Source of the DNA: Octopus sinensis
Taxonomy: Eukaryota
Reading direction: 5' to 3'
Assembly: GCF_006345805.1 (NCBI RefSeq)
Contig: NC_043011.1
Location: 52,898,464 to 52,962,463, forward strand
Length of the DNA stretch: 64,000 nt
Shown: positions 25,290 to 37,451 of the stretch, one piece after another
Layout: each line of letters starts with the position of its first letter
Position numbering within the stretch: the stretch's first letter is position 1
The notes under the pieces: model-generated
What the model saw: only the letters and a program-made list of their open reading frames with translations
Told to the model about the DNA's origin: nothing
The model's database searches: none
Position numbers and translations under genes: made by a program

Positions 25290-25900
25290 TGTGTGTACTC
25301 TATCCCATGCAGTTGTGGTAGGTTAAACAAAGGCAAAACATGCCACCCCACCCCTTAAAGTAAGGGAAGAGGAATATTGTAAAGTTGTGACAGGTATAGC
25401 TGTTGAAAAATCAGGTATAGCTGATCATGTATGGAAAAACGGAAACCATATCCCACTGTGGGATGAACATAATAATCGACTGAGAACACCACTAGACAAT
25501 ACGAAAATTAAAAGAGGCTGCATATATGCTAGGATACAATAACCTCCTAAGTAGACCTAGTACAGATATGACTGTAATATGGAAACCAGTATTAACAAAC
25601 AATAAAATACTAGGTTTATAAGCCCTAAAATTCACTCTATAATTGCCCACAGGCATATAGCATAGTGGATAAGCGTACAAGCTACCGACCCTCAGATTCT
25701 AAGCTTAATCTCAGGCAGGGACTTGAAAAAAAATAGTATCAACAGAAAAATTACGTCAGCATCATACCTTAGGAATGAGAACAGTGTACCCCATTAGACA
25801 AATAAAGGGTTGGGTTTGAAATTCCACCAGAGCACCTGATGAAAGCTGGAGAGTACATCAGCCGAAACATTGTGATAACAACAAACATTGTAAATAATGT
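25290..25900 (+). mobile_element. Penelope-like element 3' part (GIY-YIG C-terminus plus terminal repeat)
   Basis: PLKVREEE...KSGIADHVWKNGNHIPLWDE...RKLKEAAYMLG segments; ends in a CTGATGA...GAAAC motif. Confidence 0.75.
25833..25874 (+). ncRNA. Decayed minimal type I hammerhead ribozyme motif
   Basis: CAC-CUGAUGA-A-aGCUG[loop]CAGCc-GAAAC-AUU-GUG; the ACGU palindrome is changed to ACAU. Confidence 0.55.
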
Positions 25901-26339
25901 ACACACTCTCTATAGTGTATCCGAGGTAGGTCTGAGGCCACAAATTTGGGAGCAGGTGCAGTCATTTTCATTAGCTCTAGTACTTAACTCATCATCATCA
26001 TTTTACATCCATTTTCCATACTGGCATGGGTTAGATGGTTTGACCAGTACTGGTAAACCAGAGTGCTGCTCCAGTCATCTATTTTGGCTTGGTTTCTATC
26101 ACTAGATGCTCTTCCTGATGCCAACCAGGATGTTTTTTACATGTCACCTACAAGGGTGCCTTTCACATGTCACCAGCACAGGTGCCTTTTAGGTGTCACC
26201 AGCATTGGCCATGACCATGATTTCACTTAGCTTGATGTGTCTTCTCGAGCACAGCAAATCACCAGATGTCTCAGTCACTACTCCTGTGAAAGATTATCTT
26301 TATTTTTAATGTTCTCTGCAAGAATAAAAGGCAAAGTTG

Positions 26340-26445
26340 GTGTTGAGGGAATTTGAATAGAATCTGGAATTAGCCAAGGAACTGAAAAAACTGAAGGACA
26401 TGGGTGTAAAATTCATTCCTTTCGTAATAGAAGCTCCGAGAACAT
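26340..26445 (+). mobile_element. Short relic of an RLE-type non-LTR element C-terminus
   Basis: ELAKELKKLKDMGVKFIPFVIEAPRT resembles DLARELKKLW.MKV..IPIVIGALG. Confidence 0.45.
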
Positions 26446-26451
26446 CTGCTA

Positions 26452-26786
26452 ACTTAGTTAGTTAGTTAGTTAGTTAATTTGGCTCAAAAGCAAATAGCAA
26501 GACCATGTAGGGGGACATGGAGTTAAGTACAGGGTGGTGTTCATGTAAAGAGTTCAGGCCACTTGAGGTCAAGGGAGGCTTTGAACAAAGCGGGAGTCGG
26601 CATCTTCACCATCTCGTCTGGCAGCTTGTTCCACGGATCCGCAACCCGGACGGAGAAAGCTCCTCTCCTTCAATTGAGATGAAATCGTCGCAGGTAGAGC
26701 TTTTCGGAATGACCCCGCAGCTGACGCTCTGGAGCAGGAGTGAAGAACAGCTCTTTCGAGAGGTTACACTTTCCGCTTATGAGTGA
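26452..26786 (-). mobile_element. 5'-truncated CR1-type LINE 3' end with (TAAC)n tail
   Basis: Minus strand translates LRGHSEKLYLRRFHLN*RRGAFSVRVADPWNKLPDEMVKMPTPALFKASLDLKWPELFT*, a CR1 ORF2 C-terminus; tail AACTAACTAACTAAC. Confidence 0.88.
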
Positions 26787-26869
26787 AACTTTTATCTAAA
26801 TATGACCAGGATGACCTGTTGCAATTTGTCCTATTTCTCATTTGCACTTTTGGAAAAACAAGGCAAAAA

Positions 26870-27120
26870 CCTCGTTAGTTTGAATTGACCAAGAAGATAT
26901 GTGAGTTTTTGCATTCCCATCTTCTATCATTCACTCTCACACAGTCCCTGCAGGCATCCAAAATTCCATCCCAGTTTCCCAATGTCACTAATGAGCAATG
27001 TTCCTAGAAACAGTTCTTAATAACTGAAGAAATCAAATCTGCCTGCTCCAGTTGGAGCATAAATGACCCACCACTTTCCCTCATTGCTGCTCACCACAAC
27101 CACCAATTCAAATTCCAGGT
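26870..27120 (-). mobile_element. L1/Tx1-like AP-endonuclease relic
   Basis: VIYAPTGAGRFDFF and GNWDGILDACRDCV resemble the VYAP and GDWNAILD endonuclease motifs. Confidence 0.65.
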
Positions 27121-27403
27121 CTCAGAAAACTGTATAATAATTGTAATGCTTTGATTGTAGTTGTTGTTTAATCCTTAGCGAGCTCAGATCTTGTAGGCTT
27201 ATGATCAAAGATATTCCTGCCAAGACCATCTCATCTTTTATTTTGACATAGTGTATCAAAAATTTATCATCATCGTCATCTTCCTGTGTCTTGTACAACC
27301 ATTCATTGAGGTGCTACTCTAAATGCACTGACAGCCAGAAATTGCCACTGACCTCTGCTCTTCATCATATACAGAAGGGCCACTGTTCTAGTCCTTAATA
27401 TTG

Positions 27404-27696
27404 TTTGTTCCTTCTCGAGCCATGCCTGGCTCACAAGAACCGGTTTCCTTGGTGTATAGGTTCCCCACCTGGACAGGACACCGGTCCGTCGCAGGTGAGC
27501 TGCAAAATGTAGGAGGAAAGAGTGAGAGAAAGTTGTGGTGAAAGAGTCAGCAGAAGTTCACCATTACCTTCTGCCGGAGCCGTGTGGAGCTTAGGTGTTT
27601 CACTCATAAACACACACATCGCCGTGTCTGAGATTCGAACCTGCGATCCCTTGACAGCGAGTCCGCTGCTCTAACCACTAGGCCATGTGCCTCCAG
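27404..27696 (-). mobile_element. SINE family B-related head, tail type 4
   Basis: 14-bp TSD AGTCCTTAATATTG (27390-27403 / 27697-27710); (AAC)-type tail. Confidence 0.9.
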
Positions 27697-27710
27697 AGTC
27701 CTTAATATTG

Positions 27711-28000
27711 ATAGAGCAGGATTCTCTATGTCTGTTTCTTCTTTATTTTCTTCAGCTGTTCTCTGGAGAATGATTTGGACAGAGAGTTGTGGTATCTATA
27801 TCAAATAAGCTTTTGATACTTGACTGCAACGAGTGCTTCCTGCTTACCATCTTATTTGGTGACTTACTGCCTGACAAAGCTGCTGTGCTCTGATCTCTTT
27901 ATGAGATACATAACAACCTTATATAGACATGTGATAAAATACCTGTTTCTTCATTACATATCAGCTGTACAGCTCCAGTTTCCATACCCATACTGAAGGA
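27711..28000 (-). mobile_element. Old RTE-like LINE RT C-terminal relic, target of the 27404 SINE
   Basis: Frame-hopping translation resembles LxYGxETWxxTAD...KIILQGT of RTE-type ORF2. Confidence 0.55.
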
Positions 28001-28013
28001 TCAAAGCCATTAA

Positions 28014-29221
28014 CCCTTTCATTACTGTATTTATTTTGAGATGCTCTGTGTTTCTTTCAATTACTTTAACCCTTTCGTTACCAGCCCGGCTGAAACTGGC
28101 TTTGGCTCTGAGTACAAATGTCTTGTTTTCCTAAGTTTTGAACTAAAATCTTCCACTAAACCTTAGTCACAATTTATGTTCCTGACAATGGCTGAATGGT
28201 AACTAAGTTATTTTACTAAATTCTTTGTTATCATCATTCATCATCATCATCGTTTAACGTCCGCTTTCCATGCTAGCATGGGTTGGACGATTTTGACTGA
28301 GGGCTGGCGAACCAGATGGCTGCATCAGGCTCAAATCTTGATTTGGCAGAGTTTCTACAGCTGGATGCCCTTCCTAATGCCAACCACTCCGAGAGTGTAG
28401 TGGGTGCTTTTTATGTGCCACCAGCACGGGGCCAGTTAGACAGTACTGGCAACAACCTCACTCGAATCCTTTTACACATGCCCCCAGCACAAGTTAAATG
28501 AAACTCAACATTTATCTCCGCATACACCACACCAAGAAGACGTACTCCCTCTACTCTATAATGAGTAGCTGTGTAGCTTTCCTACAGCAAGAAATCTGCT
28601 CTGGCCCTTCTCTCTCACTTTCACCCCTCATTCTATAGCATATAACCCTACTCAGTCAAACAAGATCTTAGTGTTGCAGGCATCATGGTAGCATCCCTTA
28701 ATACTGGTTCCACAAGCAAGTGCAAGCTGTAAAACAGTTGGCATTAGGAAGGACATCCAGACATAGAAACCATGCTAAAGCAATGGAGCACAATCTCGTC
28801 TTTGAACATGTCATATAACACAACCAATGATAGCTTGGAACATGGACATTAAATGGTATGTGTGTGTATGCATACAAAAGAATTGTCTATATAATCACAC
28901 ATTCATCACTACCACAGCTAGGGTAAAGCAGTTAAACTGACATGATGCCATTAGCAGTTAATAATAAATATATTTAATAATATATTTAATAATATATTTA
29001 AAGTAATTGAAAGAAACACAAAGCATCTCAAAATAAATACAGTAACAAAAGGGTTAAATATAACAAAGAACTTAGTAAAATAACTTAGTTATCATTAAGC
29101 TAGTGTTAGGAACGTAAATTGTGACTAAGGTTTGGTGGAAGATTTTAATTCAAACCTTATGAAAACAAGACATTTGTACTCAGAGCCAGAGCCGGTTTCA
29201 GCCGGGTTGGTAATGAAAGGG
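28014..29221 (+). mobile_element. piggyBac-type MITE (family P1) carrying a reverse-oriented copy of the same family (28070-29053) at its internal TTAA
   Basis: TTAA at 28010-13 / 29222-25 (outer) and 28066-69 / 29054-57 (inner); CCCTTTCRTTAC TIRs; uninterrupted reference copy at 63766-63968. Confidence 0.85.
28232..28495 (-). mobile_element. RTE 3'-end repeat, family R, inside the inner MITE
   Basis: Reverse-strand family match. Confidence 0.85.
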
Positions 29222-29974
29222 TTAAGAACTTATACATTTTGAGTTTCATTGAAAAGCTAATGGGAAGTATCTTTTCAATATAACATTCATTTTCATTGTT
29301 GCAGCTAAGGCCAGGTCATGTCTTGATTTTATAAGTTGATAGCAGACATACCTGGCATTGCTCGGAATTTAAATGGATTAGTTTGTATATATGGTACAGT
29401 TAAGTTGAAATATGTGATACGGGGAAGAGCAGCATTGATGACAAAACATTTTTTGAGTAAATGAAGGGCTAATTTAACTAAGTGACATGTGTCTGTTTGG
29501 AAGATTTCAATCCCTAAGTTTGTCATGGAAAAGTGGGTGTGAAATACGTGATTTCTGAATGCACCAAAAAGCTCTCAGTGGATATACTCTCCTTTGTAGC
29601 TGTCGATGCTGCCACTACCATGCTGAACAATCAACTGACACAGGAACTACACCTGCATGATAAATTAAGCCAGTGGGCATGCCCAACCGTACCACATGAG
29701 GGAAATCTACATGAAAGAAATGATGTGGTAAGTGGGGGTGGATTAGCTGAAGCTGTTAATGTAGCGTTTCCGGCCAGGCGAATACTATGCTGCTCATTGC
29801 TTTTCATTGCTCTTACAGTAGCTAGGCCTCTCCTATTCATTATAGCCCTACATGCCATCACAAATTAATGTAAGACTGGCTGTCCACGGGAACTCCTATA
29901 TGCTGGTGATCAAATTATCATCAGTATGGCTGAAACAAATAAAAGAATAAAAATATATAGATATAGTAAAAAGC

Positions 29975-30208
29975 ACCATTCAAGCGTGGTTGATGCCAGT
30001 GCTGGCTGGCTGGCCCCATGCTGGTGGCACATAAAAGGTACCCACTACACTTTCAGAATGGTTGGCATTAGGAAGGGAATCCAGCTGTAGAAACCTTGCC
30101 AGATCAGACTGAAACCTGGTGCAGCCTCCTGGCTTTACAGTCCTCAGCCAAACCATCCAACCCATGCCAGCATGGAAAGCAGACGTTAAACGATGATGAT
30201 GATGATGT
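29975..30208 (+). mobile_element. RTE 3'-end repeat, family R
   Basis: Family match; (GAT)n tail. Confidence 0.85.
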
Positions 30209-30426
30209 CAATCCAGGCAAAATACTTCACATGCTCTCTGTTAAAGCAAATGCATCAGGCTAACAAAATGTTTTTAGATTAGTAAAGAACTCCAGGTAAT
30301 CTTAAGGCAAGGTCCAATGTTGAAGTCCATCACAAGTCAATTTTGTCAATCCATGGTGGCATTCACCAATTAAACAGGTCTTTTTCACAGAGTGATATAC
30401 AAGAAAGACACAAATAATGAGCTTTA

Positions 30427-31686
30427 CGAGGAGTGTTCATTAAAGATTTCCTCCTAACCCACTTCTGGTTATTACCGGAAACGGAACTTGTACAGGTATA
30501 ATCATACATGTCTCTGCATGTCACATTGTAAATTGCAGCTTTCCTATAGTATTCATTTGTCTTTTATGGCTGCTGAAGTGGATTAAGGTGTTACAATGGA
30601 GGCAGTATAATGTAGATCAGTGATCAGGTTATTATACTTGAATCATCATACACCAAAAGTGACTTTTGATGAGATGAAAGAAATTTACAGTAACGATGCA
30701 CCATCATACTATGTAGTCAAGTACTGGCATCGCCAGTTCAAATGTGGTTGAACATCAGTGGAAACTACTCCTATTCCAGGATGACAACACCATCCATAAA
30801 GTGGCATACACCATTTTGGAAGATTGCCACATAACTATTTGGTAACTAGCTCCAAGAAGTGAAGATAAATGTAGGATCCATGGTAAAAAAATCAATCATT
30901 CACAACCATTTGCATATGCAGAACTTGTGTGCACGATGGATTCCTCGGATGCTCACACCTTTTCGGAAGCAGGAATAAGTCAGATGCACCCAGGCTCTTT
31001 TGGCAATGTGCCAAGAAAGTAAGGAGGACTTTTTCGGCAGACTTATTACACAGGATGAAACATGGGTCCATCACTATGATCCTGAGACTAAAGTCCAGTC
31101 AAAGCAATGGAAGCATGATAACTCACTACCTCCAAAGAAGGCTCGTGTCCAACCCTCAGCAGGCAAGGTGGTGCTCAGTCTTTTGGGATTGGCACAGAGT
31201 AGTGATGATGGATTTTCTGGCAAAGGGCACCACAATTAACTGGGCATATTATGCTTCTCTGCTGCAGAAATTGCAGGGTGCCATCAAAGTAAAGAGATGT
31301 GGCATGCTGACCAAAGGAGTCTGTCTCCTCCAAGACAATGCCTCAGTTCACAATGTGCATGTTGCCCAGATGAAAGCACACTCCTGCAGCTATGAAATCC
31401 TTCCTCATCCCTCTTACTCCCCTGACCTCACACCATCTGACTACCACCTCTTTGCAACCATGAAGTGTTTTTTGAAGAGGAAAGCACTTTTGGGAGGTAA
31501 AGTCCTCGCTCCAGATGCAACCTACCGACTTCTACAGACAAGGTCTTCATATCTGCATAAAGCAATGGGAGAAGTGTGTCACCATTGGTGGTAGTTATGT
31601 AGAGAAGGACTAATAATTATGCCAAGTTTTGTTTATCCTAGTCTCTGGAAAGTGGGTCAAAGGAAATATTTAATGAACACCCCTTA
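30427..31686 (+). mobile_element. Full-length decayed mariner (irritans-like), 1260 bp
   Basis: 25-bp TIRs matching 21/25 (30427-30451 / 31662-31686) with TA flanks; ARWIPRMLTP, ITQDETWVHHYDPETK, LLQDNASVH and YSPDLTPSDYHLF motifs; frameshifted. Confidence 0.93.
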
Positions 31687-31925
31687 TACATATTTCTTTA
31701 TTTATGAATCTCTGACTTAAAACTGTTTCTGATATGCATTATAGCTGCATCAATGGTTCTATTTACTCAATTTGTCTATTGATTGACCGAAAAAAATTGA
31801 ATAACCTCAATAAATGCTATCATCATTGGAATCTGCACATTGAACAAGTGAGAGAGAGAGGGAGGTAGTGAATTAGTAGCTGTTAGAATATTGGATAGAC
31901 TATCCTGCAATATTTGTAATAGTCA

Positions 31926-32126
31926 AGGCAGCGTGCTGACAGAATCATTAGTATGCTGGGCAAAATGCTTTAGTGGCATTTTGTCTGTCTTGACATTCTG
32001 AGTTCAAATTCCTTAGCATTTTATCCCTTCAGGGTCAATAATATAAGTATCAGTTGAATATTGGAGTCAGTGTAACCATCTTATCCCTTCCCTAAAATTG
32101 CTGCCCCTGTGCCAAAATTTGAAACC
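31926..32126 (+). mobile_element. SINE family C
   Basis: Family match. Confidence 0.8.
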
Positions 32127-32135
32127 AATGTTTGT

Positions 32136-32523
32136 AGTGGCTGTGTGATAAGTAGCTTGCTTACCACCCACATGGTTCCAGGTTCAGTCCCTCTGCGTGA
32201 CACTTTGGGCAAGTGTCTTCTACTATAGCCTCGGGCTGACCAAAGCCTTGTGAGTGGATTTGGTAGACGGAAACTGAAAGAAGCTTGTTTTATATATATA
32301 TGTGTGTGTCTGTGTTTGTCCCCCAACATCGCCTGATAACCGATGCTGGTGTGTTTACGTCCCCATAACTTAGCGGTTCGGCAAAAGAGACCAATAGAAT
32401 AAGTACTAGGCTTACAAAGAATAAGTCCTGGGGTCGATTTGCTCATCTAAAAGCGGTGCTCCAGCATGGCCGCAGTCAAATGACTGACACAAGTAAAAGA
32501 GTAAAAAAAAAAGTAAAAGAGTA
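32136..32523 (+). mobile_element. SINE family A
   Basis: Family match. Confidence 0.9.
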
Positions 32524-33413
32524 CTTCTTCTTGCTGAGTTGTGCTGAGGTTAACTTTACCTTCTTTCCTTCCATATTGGGTTCATAAATATATACCAGTC
32601 TGGTGAGGCACTCTTTCCCTCTCACCAAAACTGCACTCTGTCTCTTCTTCTGCATCAAGGATAGTGGGGTCAGGGAGGTGTCTGCATCTGCTTATGACTG
32701 TATGCGCTTCAAGAAAACCATTAATCGAAGCATTGTAGTTATTGATACTAAGTGATTCATTATAAGAGAGTGGTGGCTTGTAAATAAAGGTTGGCAATAA
32801 AAAGGGTATCCAACCATAGAGAATCTGCCTCGACAAATTCCATCTGACCTATGCAAACGTGGGAAAGTGGATGTGAAAATGATGATGATACATTTATATA
32901 GATAATGATGTACGCACGCACATATATGTTTACAAACATGCATGCATACATATAAACATGTATACATATGTACTAACACAAGTGTATATATATATATATA
33001 TATTTACACCAACACCTACATACACTCACACACACACACACACTTATAAACGCATTTGCATGCATACATAGAAACACATATATGTATTACATAAATACAT
33101 CTGTGCAAACACCTACACGCATGCACACATACACACACACACACACACACACAAGATTACTATCGCCATCACAACCTTTCCAGTGCTGGGTAATGTGTCA
33201 GTTGACATTTTGTGTTTGTGTTAAACATGTCTTGGACTTCATTCTGTAACAGTACAAAGGTTTCTCCATCAAATGGTCTTTCATGGTTTTAAAGATTGAG
33301 ATAAGAAAATAATGAAAATGTTGCTAGATTTATTTTTGCATGCAGTTATAAAATACCAATTTATTTCTGTTATTGCACGGTTTAGTTAAATATCAAATCT
33401 AATGAGTGAAGAT

Positions 33414-33535
33414 GTTTAAATGACGGCCTTTTTTTACTTACTTGTTTAAATGACGGCCTTTTTTTTCTTGTTTAAATGACGGCCTTTTTTTTTCTTACTT
33501 GTTTAAATGACGGGTGTTTTTTTTCTTAGTTGTTT
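33414..33535. repeat. Four tandem copies of GTTTAAATGACGGCC(T)n
   Basis: Seen directly; unit length varies with the T run. Confidence 0.85.
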
Positions 33536-34169
33536 ACTGATAGGAGGATGATCTGGGTGTTTTTGGCAAAGATTGTTTTTGTTTGTAATTTTTCCTTCAG
33601 TTTTTTCTTCTTTAACCTTAAATTCTAACTTCAACAGCAACTCTTGTTTTTAATGACTCGTTTTTTTTTTAAATTCCCTTATTGTGTCCTTTTTATTTAT
33701 TTATTTTTTACTCATTTATATTTAAATTTTTATATTTGCTTCCCCTTTTTGTTAGTCTTCGATTATTCTTTATTTAATTAATTTTTTATTCTTTTATTTC
33801 TTTCCTAAGTTTTTGTTATATTTGTCTTCTTTGTTCTTTTATTCTTCCTTTTTTATTCCTTTACTTTCATCTTTTTTATTTTCATTTTCTCCTTTCATTT
33901 TTTTCTTTCTCCTTTCTCTCCTATTTTGATGCATATATCTCCCTACCACATGCACACACACACACACACACACTCACTCACACACATATTTACATCTATA
34001 TAATATGTGTGGTTTTCATCCAATCACAACCATGGAGATTTATTGAACCTCTTGTTCATCTTTAATACAGGATGTCCACATAAACACTCCCAGCTGTGTT
34101 GCTGTGGAGTGGTGACCATCGTGGATTTCTTTGCATTCACAGCAAGGATGAGAAATCACCTGAAAATAA

Positions 34170-34403
34170 TAAATCTTTACTACCCACAAGGGGCTAAACA
34201 TAGAGGGGACAAACAATGACAGACATAGGTATTAAGTTGATTACATTGACCCCACTGCGTAACTGGTACTTAATTTATCGACCCCGAAAGGATGAAAGGC
34301 AAAGTCGACCTCGGCGGAATTTGAACTCAGAACGTAAGGGCAGATGAAATACGGCTACGCATTTCGCCTGGTGTGCTAACGTTTCTGCCAGCTCGCCGCC
34401 TGA
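34170..34403 (-). mobile_element. SINE family C, well-preserved copy
   Basis: 17-bp TSD AAATCACCTGAAAATAA (34153-34169 / 34404-34420); CpGs retained. Confidence 0.93.
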
Positions 34404-34879
34404 AAATCACCTGAAAATAAAAGAAAATATTATTGTCCAGGAAGCTGTGGACACCATATTTATCAATATATTTGAATTACTTTAGATATCACAATGTCAT
34501 GAAATCAAGGAGTGTTTTTGTGGACAGCTTGTTTTTAACTGTGCATATATCAGTGGATGAACACCACTGTTGGCCGCTTCTCACAGATATCTGGTACTTA
34601 TTACTCTCAACTACATGAACTGAAGTAGTGTAGAATACAGTATCATGGCTTAGCAACACCAGGAAACAAAAAAGTGAAACATTTCTTTGTTTCTTTCTCT
34701 CTCTCTCTCTCCCCCCTCTCTCTCTCTCTGTATGTATATATGTGTGTGTATACATATATGTGCATATGCATATATATATGTGTGTGTGTGTGTATGTATA
34801 TGTGTATATATATATATGTGTGTATATATATATGTATATGTGTTTATATATAGGTATATGTGTGTATATATGTATATAT

Positions 34880-36075
34880 ATATGCCAACTTCACTGTACT
34901 CATTGCCAATCCTAACCTTACTAACAGCCTCTCTGTAAAGGGCCTGTACAGCCCTTATTAACCATTCGTTAATCTCCATTTTCTGCATCACCCACCAAAT
35001 AAGGGATCGGGGGACCCTGTCAAAGGCTTTCTCCAAGTCCACAAAAGCTAAGTATAGGGGTTTATCTTTGGCTAGGTATTTCTCCTGCAGTTGTTGAACC
35101 AGGAATATGGCATCAGTGGTGCTTCTACCCGGCACAAAACCCGAGCTGCATCTCATCTAAGCTGACTCTCTCCCTGATGAGATGGGCTATGACCCTCTCC
35201 GTTACCTGATCCAGCAGTTTGATACTCCTGTAGTTATTTCTATCTTGAGCATCACCTTTACCCTTGTCTTGTAGCAGTTGACTATGGTGCTGCTATGCCA
35301 GTCGTTGGGTATGACTCCATCATGAACTACCTGGTTTACAATGCGGGTGACTAGGCCAAAGCCCACACCACCAGATGTTTTAAGCATTTCAGCAGTGATT
35401 CCTGATGGGCCAGGGGCTTTTCCTGGCTTCATACCCTTAATTGCTTTATCTTCTAGGGAGCTGTCTATACAGATAGCTGGTCCTTCTACTGGGTCAACAT
35501 TTGGCAGGCTCTTCTCCTCCCATTCATTTTCCACATTCAGCAGTCTTTCATAACGGCATCTCCAAGCCTCTTTCTTTTCAGAATCATTAAAAGCAAGTGC
35601 CCCATCATCCATTCGGACACATTTCTCTCCTGTGACATCACAATTTTCTCTCACACACTGTCTTGCAATCCGAAACACCTCAGTTCTTTGGTCCTCACGT
35701 CGCTGGACATTGACAAACTTCTTTTCCGCTTCGCTCTTGGCTATGTATACCTGCCACCCAGCCTCCCTAACAACCTCTATAACCTTATCCACCCATTTCT
35801 CTGAAAGGAGTATGCCTACACCCCCTACACCATCCATGTTACCTTGCCAGAAAAATTTGTACCTATGTGCCTTGCCTGTGAGAACCCTTGCTGAAGCTCC
35901 TCTCCATCTTAACTCTTGTATGCAGCACACATCAACCCGTCTCCTTTCAAGCATCTTTACAATCTCACTAGACCTACCTTTCATTGTGCCATTGACAGTG
36001 CCAACTCTGAAAACTGGGAAGGGAATGTGGGTGAAGTTTGGGGAGGAGGGATGTTAATCAGCGCCTGAAAAGGAG
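34880..36075 (-). mobile_element. RTE LINE 5' part (endonuclease start, linker, RT start), internally deleted and 3'-truncated
   Basis: VDVCCIQELRW, GKAPGPSGITAEMLK, FVPGRSTTDAIF and LAFVDLEKAFDRVPR motifs; ends at (TA/TG)n. Confidence 0.93.
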
Positions 36076-36104
36076 AGGGTTGTTGTGATGGTGTTTGTTT
36101 GTTA

Positions 36105-36138
36105 GGCATGTATGTATATTTATATGTATATATATGTG

Positions 36139-36195
<57 letters not shown>

Positions 36196-36214
36196 ATATA
36201 TATATGTGTATATG

Positions 36215-36255
<41 letters not shown>

Positions 36256-37010
36256 ATGTATATGTGTATATATGTATATATATGTGTGTATGTATATGTG
36301 TATACATATGTATATATATATGTGCGTGTATGTATATATATATATGTGTGTGTATATGTATATATATATATATGTGTGTGTATATGTATATATATATATA
36401 TGTGTGTGTATGTATATATGTATATATATATGTATGTGTTTATATATGTGTGTGTGTGTATGTATATGTGTATATATATATGCATATATGTGTATATGTG
36501 TATATGTATGTATGTGTATATGTATATATGCATATATGTGTATATGTGTATATGTATGTATGTGTATATGTATATATGTGTATATGTATATATATGTGTA
36601 TGTATATATATATATGTGTATGTATATATATGTGTACATGTATATATATGTGTATGTATATATGTGTATATGTATGTATATGTGTATGTATATATGTGTA
36701 TGTATATACATGTGTATATGTATTTATGTGTATATATATGTATGTGTATATATTTATATGTATGTGTGTATATATATAAATATATTTATGTATATGTGTG
36801 TATATGTATATATATATGTGTGTATATATATATATGTGTATCTGTATATGTATATATATATATATTGTGTGTGTGTGTCTGTGGTGTATATATATATATA
36901 TATATCTATATATATGTATGTATGTTGTGTGTGTGTGTGTATATGTATGTATGTAGTGTGTGTGTATGTATGTATGTATGTATGTGTGTGTGTGTATATT
37001 ATATATTATA
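36105..37010. repeat. About 900-bp compound (TA)/(TG)/(TATG) microsatellite
   Basis: Seen directly. Confidence 0.97.
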
Positions 37011-37014
37011 TATT

Positions 37015-37115
37015 TTTATTTTATAGAAGGAGCTTCTACAGGACTAGAACTGTTTCATTCAAATGAATTTGAATGAAACTTTCTAGTCCTGTAGAAGCTC
37101 CTTCTATAAAATAAA
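37015..37115. repeat. 101-nt near-perfect inverted repeat (hairpin)
   Basis: Arms 37015-37063 and 37068-37115, one 2x1 internal loop, 4-nt loop TGAA. Confidence 0.95.
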
Positions 37116-37200
37116 TTAATTTACTCTGCCATGTATTGAGTACCTTATTTATGTGGTTAACCCCGACTCACCCGGGACCTACATATATATATATATATAT

Positions 37201-37415
37201 AAGGGGATACTGAAAAGTTCCTGGCTGTAACTGTATAGTGAAATGACCTGGCTGGAGCTCCAACCTACCAAATTTGTTCACAAGGCCTGGATAAACTGAA
37301 GGACCACTGCAATAAGTGTGTGAATCTGAGGGGGAATATGTTAAATAAAATCATATTTAACTGATTCTCCTGTATTTGTTTTTACCTGAAGCCAGGAATC
37401 TTTCAGCAACTTTTC
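37201..37415 (+). mobile_element. Mariner-derived MITE
   Basis: Imperfect TIRs CTGAAAAGTTCCTGGCT / AGCCAGGAATCTTTCAG; retains transposase C-terminal KCVNLRGEYVK; same family as 59135-59347. Confidence 0.75.
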
Positions 37416-37451
37416 ATGTGTGTATGCATATATATATGCATATATATATAT

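Noticed and set aside
35981-37066. Long ORFs up to 323 aa (also 16697-17140, 55031-55515, 58553-59204)
   Set aside because: Translations of TA/TG/GTT microsatellites that lack stop codons; no coding signal.
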